A stretch of 64,000 nucleotides of DNA from Alphaproteobacteria bacterium (lineage in GTDB: Bacteria > Pseudomonadota > Alphaproteobacteria > DATDPM01): positions 2,291-66,290 of the forward strand of contig JAZGAE010000155.1 in NCBI GenBank assembly GCA_036475545.1, given 5' to 3'. The number at the start of each line of letters is the position of its first letter. Within the stretch, counting starts at the first letter, position 1. A program made the position numbers and the translations under genes. This document shows, in pieces, positions 56,763 through 64,000 of the stretch. The notes under the pieces were generated by a model. The model ran no database searches, was not told the origin of the DNA, and was given only the letters and a program-made list of their open reading frames with translations.

Positions 56763-59348
56763 TCAGTCGGTGGACGAGCGGGCCGCGCTCCGCCGCTTCC
56801 TCGAGGTCGCCGCGGCGGCCGACTTAGGCTTGCCGCGGGCCGGCTTGCCCGCCGCCTTCGCCGCGAGGAGGGGCGCGGCCTCTTCGAGCGTCAGCTCGTC
56901 CGCCGATTTGTCCTTGGGCAAACTGGCCCGCACGCGGCCGTGGCTGACGTAGGGCCCGTAGCGGCCGGTGTGAACCGTCACCGGCTTTCCGTCCTTTGGA
57001 TGCGGACCGAGCACCCGGCCGGGTGGACGGTGCCGGGGCTTGGCCTCCTTGAGCAGCACCACGGCGCGGTTGAGGCCGATGGCCAGCACGTCTTCGTCGC
57101 GCCCGAGCGAGACATAGGCGCCGTCATGCTTCAGGTAGGGACCGAACCGGCCGATGCCCGCGGTGATCACATGGCCGGTTTCGGGGTGGGGGCCGACCTC
57201 ACGGGGCAGGCTCAGGAAGCCGAGTGCGGTCTCCAGGCCTACCTCCTCGGGCACCACCCACTTGGGAAGCGAGGCCCGCTTCGGCTTGACCTCCTTGGTT
57301 GTCGCGCCGAGTTGGACATAGTGGCCATAGGGTCCCTTGCGGACCGAGACGGCCTCGCCCGAGTCCGGATCGACGCCAAGCTCCCGTGGGAAGACCGCTT
57401 CGCCCTCGCCCGCGCCGTTTCCCTCGCCGGCGACGACGAGGCGGCGCGTGTACGTGCACTCGGGGTAGTTGGAGCAGCCGATGAAGGCGCCGAATTTGCC
57501 GAGCCTCAGGCCCAGATGCCCGTTTTCGCACGCGGGACAGGCGCGCGGGTTCTTGCCCGGTTCGACCTCGGGGAAGAAATGCGGTCCCAGCTCTTCGTCG
57601 AGCGCGTCCAGAACCTGGCGAATGGTCAGGTCCTTCGTCTCATCCACGGCCGTGATGAAGTCGTCCCAGAAACCCCGCAGCACGTTTTTCCAGTCTCTGC
57701 GGCCGTTGGAGATGGCGTCGAGCCGGTCCTCCATTTCGGCGGTGAAGTCGTACTGTACGTAGCGCTTGAAGAAGCTCGTCAGGAACGCCGTGACCAACCG
57801 GCCAAGGTCCTCCGGGACGAACCGCCTCTTCTCCATACGCGCATATTTGCGGGCGCGGAGCACCTCGAGGATGTTGGCATAGGTGGACGGCCGGCCGATG
57901 CCCAGTTCCTCCAGCCGCTTGACCAGGCTGGCTTCGGTGTAGCGGGGCGGCGGCTGGGTCTCGTGGCGTTCCGGCCGCACCGCCTCCAGCTCCAGGGCCT
58001 CCCCTTCCTTGAGCGGGGGCAGACGGCGCTCGCTCTCGTCTTCCTCGCCGACATCATCCCGGCCCTCCCGGTAGAGCCGAAGGAACCCCTCGAACACGAC
58101 GACGGAACCGGTCGCGCGCAGGACCACGCCTCGATCCTCGGACTCGATGTCGATGGCCACCTGCTCCAGGGCGGCGCTTGCCATCTGGCTGGCCACGGCA
58201 CGCTTCCAGACGAGCTCGTAGAGACGAAGCTGGTCGTCCTTTAGATAGGGGGCCATGTCGGCGGGTTTCCGGGCCACGTCCGTGGGGCGGATCGCCTCGT
58301 GGGCCTCCTGCGCGTTCTTGGCCGTCGTCTTGAAGACCCGCGGCGATTCGGGCAGATAGTTCGCACCGAACGCGGCGCCGATGTGCCTGCGGCAGGCGGC
58401 GAGGGCCTCGTTGGAAAGGTGAACGCTGTCGGTCCGCATGTAGGTGATGAGGCCGAGCGTTTCGCCGCCGATGTCGATCCCCTCGTAAAGCCTCTGCGCC
58501 GTTCGCATCGTGTTGGCCGCGCTCATTCGCAGCTTGCGAGATGCTTCCTGTTGCAGGGTCGAGGTGGTGAAGGGGGGTTGCGGGTTGCGCCGGGTCTTCT
58601 TGCGCTCGATCATGGCCACCCGGAAGTGGCGGGCCGAAATCTTATCCTTGGCGGCCTCGGCCGCCTCCGTATCGGCGAGGGTGAACTTGTCGAGCTTTTC
58701 GCCGTCGAGATGGGTAAGGCGGGCGCTCAGCGCCGCCCCGGTCGCACTGCGCAGGTCGGCATCGACGGTCCAGTATTCCCTGCGGCGGAAGACCTCGATC
58801 TCGGCCTCTCGCTCGCAAATGAGACGCAACGCCACCGACTGAACCCGCCCCGCCGAGCGGGAGCCCGGAAGCTTGCGCCACAGCACCGGCGAGAGCGTGA
58901 AGCCGACCAGGTAGTCGAGGGCGCGCCGCGCGAGATAGGCCTCGACGAGCTCCTTGTTCAGCTCCCGCGGGTTGTGCAGGGCCTCGAGCACCGCGTGGCG
59001 GGTGACCTCGTTGAACACGATTCGCGACACCGGCACGCCGTCGAGGGCCTTGCGCTGCCTGAGCACCTCCTGGACATGCCAGGATATGGCCTCGCCCTCG
59101 CGGTCCGGATCGGTGGCGAGGTAGAGGTGCTCGGCACCTTTCAACGCCTTTGCGATCTCCTTGATGTGCCGCTCCGCCTTGGGATCGGTCTCCCAGATCA
59201 TGGCGAAGTCTTCGTCCGGCTTCACGGAGCCATCCTTGGCGGGCAGGTCGCGGATATGGCCGTAGCTCGCCAGGACGTGGTAATCGCTGCCGAGATACTT
59301 GTTGATTGCCTTGGCCTTGGCCGGGGATTCGACGACGACTACGTGCAT
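56763..59348 (-). CDS. topA: DNA topoisomerase I
   Basis: The start MHVVVVESPAKAKAINKYLG is at 59348. TOPRIM domain. Active-site Tyr region. C-terminal zinc ribbon (CPACENGHLG...CSNYPEC) and a Lys-rich tail. Confidence 0.9.
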   Translation of the reverse strand: MHVVVVESPAKAKAINKYLGSDYHVLASYGHIRDLPAKDGSVKPDEDFAMIWETDPKAERHIKEIAKALKGAEHLYLATDPDREGEAISWHVQEVLRQRKALDGVPVSRIVFNEVTRHAVLEALHNPRELNKELVEAYLARRALDYLVGFTLSPVLWRKLPGSRSAGRVQSVALRLICEREAEIEVFRRREYWTVDADLRSATGAALSARLTHLDGEKLDKFTLADTEAAEAAKDKISARHFRVAMIERKKTRRNPQPPFTTSTLQQEASRKLRMSAANTMRTAQRLYEGIDIGGETLGLITYMRTDSVHLSNEALAACRRHIGAAFGANYLPESPRVFKTTAKNAQEAHEAIRPTDVARKPADMAPYLKDDQLRLYELVWKRAVASQMASAALEQVAIDIESEDRGVVLRATGSVVVFEGFLRLYREGRDDVGEEDESERRLPPLKEGEALELEAVRPERHETQPPPRYTEASLVKRLEELGIGRPSTYANILEVLRARKYARMEKRRFVPEDLGRLVTAFLTSFFKRYVQYDFTAEMEDRLDAISNGRRDWKNVLRGFWDDFITAVDETKDLTIRQVLDALDEELGPHFFPEVEPGKNPRACPACENGHLGLRLGKFGAFIGCSNYPECTYTRRLVVAGEGNGAGEGEAVFPRELGVDPDSGEAVSVRKGPYGHYVQLGATTKEVKPKRASLPKWVVPEEVGLETALGFLSLPREVGPHPETGHVITAGIGRFGPYLKHDGAYVSLGRDEDVLAIGLNRAVVLLKEAKPRHRPPGRVLGPHPKDGKPVTVHTGRYGPYVSHGRVRASLPKDKSADELTLEEAAPLLAAKAAGKPARGKPKSAAAATSRKRRSAARSSTD

Positions 59349-59413
59349 GAAGGCTGCTTTCCGCTCAGTGGCTCCGCGGGGAGAATGGCTCCCGGCCCGC
59401 GGCCTCCGGCGCC

Positions 59414-60553
59414 CTAGATGCTCTCGGACGCGCCCAGGGAGACCTTGTTGCCAGGATGTCGATCGAGACGGCCGGCCAACTCCAGTTCGAGGAGGACGGT
59501 CGACACGATTGCCGGTGACAATTGGCACTGGCGAATGATTTCGTCAACCGTCACCGGCGTCGGCCCGAGCATTTCAATGATTTCCGGCCGCGCCGCGGCG
59601 ACGTCTTCGTCGTCCAAGGCGGGCGCCGGACCGGCGGCAAAAGCAGGCCTGCGGCGCTCGGCGACCGGGGGCCGCAGGAGCCCTTGGAGCGCTTCGAGCA
59701 CGTCCGCGGCCGACTCGGTGAGCATCGCGCCGCGGCGGATAAGGTCGTTGGTCCCGCGGCAGCGCGGGTCGAGCGGCGAGCCCGGCACGGCGAACACCTC
59801 GCGCCCCTGCTCGAGGGCCAAGCGGGCGGTAATGAGCGAGCCTGAGCGGGGCGCCGCCTCGACCACGAGCACCCCGAGCGACAATCCCGATATCATCCGG
59901 TTTCGACGCGGGAAGTGCCGCGCCTGCGGGACCGTGCCGAGGCGCTCTTCGGCAAGCGCCGCCCCCTCCGCCACGATCCGATCGTAGAGGCCCGAGTTCT
60001 CGGGCGGGTAGGCGACGTCGACGCCGCCGGCGCACACCGCCACGGTGCCCGTCTGAAGCGCGCCCTCGTGCGCCGCCCCATCGATGCCGCGGGCAAGGCC
60101 GGAGGCAATCACCAGCTCGGCGCGGCCCAGTTCGCCAGCGATCGCGCGCGCGAATCGCCGGCCGCTGGCGGAGGCGTTGCGGGCCCCCACGATCGCGACG
60201 ACGGGGCGCTGCAACAGATGCGGATGCCCGCGCACGGCAATCACCGGCGGCGGATCGTAAATCGCCGCCAGCAGCTCCGGATACTCGGCCTCGCACAAGG
60301 CAATCAGCCGCGCGCCGATGCGTTCCACCTCCTCGACCTCCCGTTCGGCGGCGGCCTTGGCGCAGATGCCGATCGGGCGGCTGCGTCCGCCCCGGCGCGC
60401 CAGCTCCGGCAGGGCGGCGAGCGCCGCCCCGGCCGATCCGAACCTCTCCAACAGCCCGAAGAAGGTGACCGGCCCCACGTTTTCGCTGCGGGTGAGCCGG
60501 AGCCAGTCGAGCCGTTCGGCCGCAGGCAAAGGCCGGGGTGTGGAAGCGGTCAT
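59414..60553 (-). CDS. dprA: DNA-processing protein DprA (Smf)
   Basis: Starts MTASTPRPLPAAERLDWLRL at the ATG at 60553; an alternative ATG is at 60634. Rossmann-like DprA domain (VAIVGARNASASG). Conserved plsY-dprA-topA-rnr order. Confidence 0.8.
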   Translation of the reverse strand: MTASTPRPLPAAERLDWLRLTRSENVGPVTFFGLLERFGSAGAALAALPELARRGGRSRPIGICAKAAAEREVEEVERIGARLIALCEAEYPELLAAIYDPPPVIAVRGHPHLLQRPVVAIVGARNASASGRRFARAIAGELGRAELVIASGLARGIDGAAHEGALQTGTVAVCAGGVDVAYPPENSGLYDRIVAEGAALAEERLGTVPQARHFPRRNRMISGLSLGVLVVEAAPRSGSLITARLALEQGREVFAVPGSPLDPRCRGTNDLIRRGAMLTESAADVLEALQGLLRPPVAERRRPAFAAGPAPALDDEDVAAARPEIIEMLGPTPVTVDEIIRQCQLSPAIVSTVLLELELAGRLDRHPGNKVSLGASESI

Positions 60554-60705
60554 CGGGCGAAAATGGGGCAGACCCCGCGGCGGCGTCAAGCCGGCGCGGT
60601 TTGCGGCGCCGGACAGCAGCCGTGTGGCGGCCATCGCAACAGTAGATGAGAATTCGACTGGTGCTATTTTTTGCGAGTACCGCGTACCCGCGTAAAGGGG
60701 TGGGA

Positions 60706-61320
60706 TCAGGTCCTCTCGCCGAGGCGTGGCTCGGTGCCTGCAAGCAGGCGGCGGATGTTGGTGGCGTGGCGCAGAATCACGACCAGCGCCAGGCCGGCGA
60801 TGAATCCGGCTCGCGGGGCGTCCGCAACCCACCAGGCGTAGAGCGGCGCCGCTGCCGATGCCGCCACCGACGCGAGCGAGACGTAGCGAAACAGGCCGGC
60901 GACCACGAGCCACGTCGCGAAGCAAAGCAGCGCCACCGGCCAGGCGAGGGCCGCCATCACCCCCAGCGACGTCGCCACGCCCTTGCCGCCCCTGAGCCCC
61001 AGCCATGCCGGGAACACATGCCCGAGCACGGCGCCGCCCCCGGCCACCAGCGCCATCGCCAGGCCCCACTGGCTCGCCACCAGCGGCGGAATGGCGCCCT
61101 TCGCGATATCCAGAAAAAGCGTCAATAACGCCAGCGGCTTGCTCCCTGTTCTTAAGACGTTGGTTGCACCGATGTTCCCGGATCCGATGGCGCGGATGTC
61201 GCCCAGGCCCGCGAGTCTCGTGAGGATCAAGCCGAAAGGAACGGAGCCCACGAGGTAGCCGCAGAGCGCGGCCGCGACATAGGGCCAGAGATCCGCGAAG
61301 CCGGGGATCGGCGCCATCAC
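60706..61320 (-). CDS. plsY: glycerol-3-phosphate acyltransferase PlsY
   Basis: 204 aa. Motifs GSGNIGATNVLRTG and KGVATSLG. Confidence 0.9.
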   Translation of the reverse strand: MMAPIPGFADLWPYVAAALCGYLVGSVPFGLILTRLAGLGDIRAIGSGNIGATNVLRTGSKPLALLTLFLDIAKGAIPPLVASQWGLAMALVAGGGAVLGHVFPAWLGLRGGKGVATSLGVMAALAWPVALLCFATWLVVAGLFRYVSLASVAASAAAPLYAWWVADAPRAGFIAGLALVVILRHATNIRRLLAGTEPRLGERT

Positions 61321-61321
61321 G

Positions 61322-62653
61322 CTATTGCTCCAGCGCGAACACGGTGCGCCCGCCGACCACGGTGCGCACGACGCGGCCCTGGGCCGTTCGCCCGTCGAAG
61401 GGCGAGTTCTTCGACTTGCTGCGGAATTCGTCGGCCTCGATCCGCCACGGCCGGTCGAGCTCGATGAGCACGAGGTCCGCCGGCGCGCCGACCTTCAAGC
61501 GCCCCGACGGCAAGCCGAGAATGTCCGCGGGGCGGAAGGTCAGGGCCCCGATCGCGTCGAGAAGCCCAAGATGGCCGTTGTGGTAAAGCTCCAGCGAAAC
61601 CGGCAGCAAGGTTTCCAGCCCGACGGCCCCGGCTTCGGCCTGGGCGAAGGGAAGGCGCTTGCTGTCCTGGTCGTGGGGCGCATGGTCGCTGGCGACGGCG
61701 TCGATGGTCCCGTCCTTGAGCCCGCCTATGATGGCGCGGCGATCGGCCTCGCTTCTCAACGGCGGCGAGAGCTTGGCGAAGGTGCGGTAGTCCCCGACGG
61801 CGATCTCGTTGAGGGCGAAATAGGGCGGCGCGGTATCGCAGGTGACCTCCAAGCCGCGCTCCTTGGCCCGACGGATGACCTCGACGCCTTGCCGCGTCGA
61901 GAGATGGGCCGCGTGATACCGGCCCCCGGTGAGCTCCACCAGCCGGACGTCGCGTTCGAGCATGATGCTTTCGGCCTCGGCGGGGATTCCCGGAAGACCG
62001 AGGCGCGTGCTCATTTCGCCTTCGTTCATGACCCCGCCCGCCGCCAGCGACGGTTCCTCGGCGTGCTGGACGATGACGAGGTCGAAGGCGCAGGCGTAAC
62101 TCAAGGCGCGGCGCATCACCAGGGCGTCGACCACCGACCTGGTCGCGTCGGTGAAGGCGAGCGCGCCCGCCGCCGAAAGCAGGCCCATCTCGGTGAGGTC
62201 TTTGCCGTTGAACCCCTTGGTGACGGCGCCGTAGGGATGGATATTGACGGTCCCGGTCTCGCGGGCGTGCCGCTCGATGAACTCGATCAGCGAAACCTCG
62301 TCCAAGGCCGGGTTGGTGTTGGGAAGGCAGACCATGGTGGTGACGCCCCCGGCGGCGGCGGCGGCGCTTGCCGTCGCCATGGTCTCCTTATGCTCCTGGC
62401 CCGGCTCGCGCAGCTGCACCCGCATGTCGACGAGCCCCGGCGCCAGGCACAGGCCGGTGCAGTCCACCGTCTCGATCGCCTCGGGCACCCCGTCCGCGAA
62501 CAAGTCCGGACCGAGATCGGCGATCGCGTCCCCTTCGACGAGGAGAGCGCCCTCGACGTCGAGCCCGCTCGCCGGGTCGAGAAGCCGCGCGTTGGTGAAG
62601 GCGACGCGCCGGGAGGCGCGCGCGTCGTCGTTTTGGCGACGCTTCGCCATCAT
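61322..62653 (-). CDS. pyrC: dihydroorotase (multimeric DHOase/allantoinase-type)
   Basis: 443 aa amidohydrolase. Metal His/Asp motifs ([17 protein letters not shown]). The adjacent pyrB overlaps by 4 nt. Confidence 0.8.
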   Translation of the reverse strand: MMAKRRQNDDARASRRVAFTNARLLDPASGLDVEGALLVEGDAIADLGPDLFADGVPEAIETVDCTGLCLAPGLVDMRVQLREPGQEHKETMATASAAAAAGGVTTMVCLPNTNPALDEVSLIEFIERHARETGTVNIHPYGAVTKGFNGKDLTEMGLLSAAGALAFTDATRSVVDALVMRRALSYACAFDLVIVQHAEEPSLAAGGVMNEGEMSTRLGLPGIPAEAESIMLERDVRLVELTGGRYHAAHLSTRQGVEVIRRAKERGLEVTCDTAPPYFALNEIAVGDYRTFAKLSPPLRSEADRRAIIGGLKDGTIDAVASDHAPHDQDSKRLPFAQAEAGAVGLETLLPVSLELYHNGHLGLLDAIGALTFRPADILGLPSGRLKVGAPADLVLIELDRPWRIEADEFRSKSKNSPFDGRTAQGRVVRTVVGGRTVFALEQ

Positions 62654-63612
62654 GCCGCCCCGGTCTTGGGAAGGACCCGGGTGAGCATGTCGAGACAGGC
62701 CATGCGCACCGCCACGCCCATTTCCACCTGCTCGCGGATCACGCTGCGGTCGATGTCGTCGGCGAGCTCGCTGTCGATCTCGACGCCGCGGTTCATCGGC
62801 CCCGGATGCATGATCAGCGCGTCCGGCTTGGCCACCGCGAGCTTTTCATAGTCGAGGCCGAAGAAACGGAAGTACTCGCGGGTGGAGGGGAAGAAGCTGC
62901 CGCGAAAGCGCTCCAGCTGGAGGCGCAGCATCATCACGATGTCGCAGTCCCTGAGACCGCTTCCCATGTGGTGGAAGACCTCGACGCCCATGCGCTCGAT
63001 CTCGGCGGGCAACAGGGTCGGCGGGGCGACGACGCGCACCCGCGCGCCCATGGTGTTGAGGAGATGGATGTTCGAGCGCGCCACGCGCGAGTGCAGGATA
63101 TCGCCGCACAGCGCCACCGTCAGCCCGCCGAGGCGCCCCTTGCGCCGCCGGATGGTGAGCGCGTCCAAGAGCGCCTGAGTCGGGTGCTCGTGGCTGCCGT
63201 CGCCAGCGTTGATGACGACGCAGTCGACCTTCTCCGCCAGCAGCATGACCGCGCCCGAGTCAGGGTGGCGCACCACCAGCACGTCCGGGCGCATGGCGGT
63301 CAGCGTCATGGCCGTGTCGATCAGCGTCTCGCCCTTTTTTATCGAGCTGGTCGCCACGGCCATGGTGATGACATCGGCCCCGAGCCTTTTACCGGCGAGC
63401 TCGAAGGACGTGCGCGTGCGCGTCGAGTCCTCGAAGAACAGGTTGATGATGGTGCGCCCGCGCAGGCTGGCGAGCTTCTTGTCGGTCCGCCGGTTCTGCT
63501 CGACATAGGAGTCCGCGAGGTCGAGCAACAGCGTGATCTCGTCCGGCGATAATCCCTCGATGCCGAGAAGGTGGCGGTGGGGAAACTGGATGTTGGGGCG
63601 ACCCGTGGTCAT
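62650..63612 (-). CDS. pyrB: aspartate carbamoyltransferase catalytic subunit
   Basis: Motifs STRTR, HPTQ and HPGP. Confidence 0.9.
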   Translation of the reverse strand: MTTGRPNIQFPHRHLLGIEGLSPDEITLLLDLADSYVEQNRRTDKKLASLRGRTIINLFFEDSTRTRTSFELAGKRLGADVITMAVATSSIKKGETLIDTAMTLTAMRPDVLVVRHPDSGAVMLLAEKVDCVVINAGDGSHEHPTQALLDALTIRRRKGRLGGLTVALCGDILHSRVARSNIHLLNTMGARVRVVAPPTLLPAEIERMGVEVFHHMGSGLRDCDIVMMLRLQLERFRGSFFPSTREYFRFFGLDYEKLAVAKPDALIMHPGPMNRGVEIDSELADDIDRSVIREQVEMGVAVRMACLDMLTRVLPKTGAA

Positions 63613-63700
63613 TAAAGCGGCATATTACGCCCGCGGGCTGGTCCCCGGCAAGGTGCGGGAAGGGACTCAGGGGCTTAAGGCCCGGAACGGGGCGTCGGCG

Positions 63701-64000
63701 CTAGACCACCCCGCGCGCCCGGAGCCCCGCGATCTCGTCCTCGTCCAAACGCACGAGCTCGCGCAACACCTCCTCGGTGTGCTGGCCCAAGGTCGGCGGC
63801 GGGTGGCGGTAGGAGACCGGCGAGCGCGACATCCTGATCGGGCTGGCGACCAGCGGCACGGGCTCGTCGCCCGTCAAGGGGTGGGCCATCTCGATCCTCA
63901 TGCCGCGGGCCTGGACCTGCGGATCGGCGAAGACCTGGTCCACGGCGTTGACCGGGCCGCAGGGGACGCCCGCCTCCAGGAGCCCCTCGACCCAGTGCCG
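63701..64000 (-). CDS. CoA-transferase family III (CaiB/BaiF) protein, C-terminal part (5' end lies outside the window)
   Basis: The frame is open to the window edge. The C-terminal motif GPVNAVDQVFADPQVQARG...GQHTEEVL matches the family. Confidence 0.55.
   Translation of the reverse strand, partial: RHWVEGLLEAGVPCGPVNAVDQVFADPQVQARGMRIEMAHPLTGDEPVPLVASPIRMSRSPVSYRHPPPTLGQHTEEVLRELVRLDEDEIAGLRARGVV

Noticed and set aside
1-64000. Mobile elements, prophage, integrative elements, and tRNA or rRNA genes.
   Set aside because: I saw no transposase, integrase, recombinase or phage structural ORFs and no tRNA-like cloverleaf sequences. The only candidate island (30.5-34.2 kb) lacks flanking direct repeats or a tRNA.

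Overview
This 64 kb window is high-GC (roughly 65-70%) and looks like a core chromosomal region of an alphaproteobacterium with Rhodospirillales-like synteny. It is densely packed with housekeeping genes on both strands. In order: (1) fccAB-like flavocytochrome c sulfide dehydrogenase, with the cytochrome subunit truncated at the window start. (2) A minus-strand block purF-cvpA-radA-mlaF-mlaE-alr-dnaB. (3) cfa. (4) The ribosomal block rpsF-rpsR-DUF2232-rplI. (5) fabD-fabG-acpP-fabF-mltG. (6) yicC-gmk. (7) rsmA-pdxA-surA-lptD-lptG-lptF. (8) pepA-holC. (9) ndk. (10) purM-purN. (11) A DUF2066 gene, a CDP-alcohol phosphatidyltransferase, an AI-2E transporter and hda. (12) rnd, aspS, divK-pleD, rpmG, ctpA, rnr, topA, dprA, plsY, pyrC and pyrB. 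(13) A truncated CoA-transferase at the window end. I found no transposase, integrase, phage gene, CRISPR array, rRNA or tRNA. The non-core content is: (a) a lower-GC ~3.7 kb insertion between lptF and pepA carrying two SAM-dependent methyltransferases, two secreted proteins and a lipoprotein; (b) a NodU/CmcH-type carbamoyltransferase between holC and ndk; (c) a haloalkane-dehalogenase-like hydrolase; (d) a GNAT acetyltransferase and two SDR oxidoreductases. Structures not explained by the ORF track: (i) a 42-nt dispersed repeat present twice, each time starting exactly at the TAG stop of a minus-strand gene; (ii) a tandem array of a 23-nt unit upstream of rpmG; (iii) two genes below the track's size cut-off (rpmG, and a 40-aa CoxIV-like membrane protein); (iv) a cvpA whose conserved N-terminus lies upstream of any ATG/GTG/TTG; (v) an in-frame 27-nt tandem repeat inside rpsF. 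Most long ORFs in the track that are antisense to these genes are high-GC shadow frames. All product calls are from reading the translations against remembered family motifs; no database search was possible.
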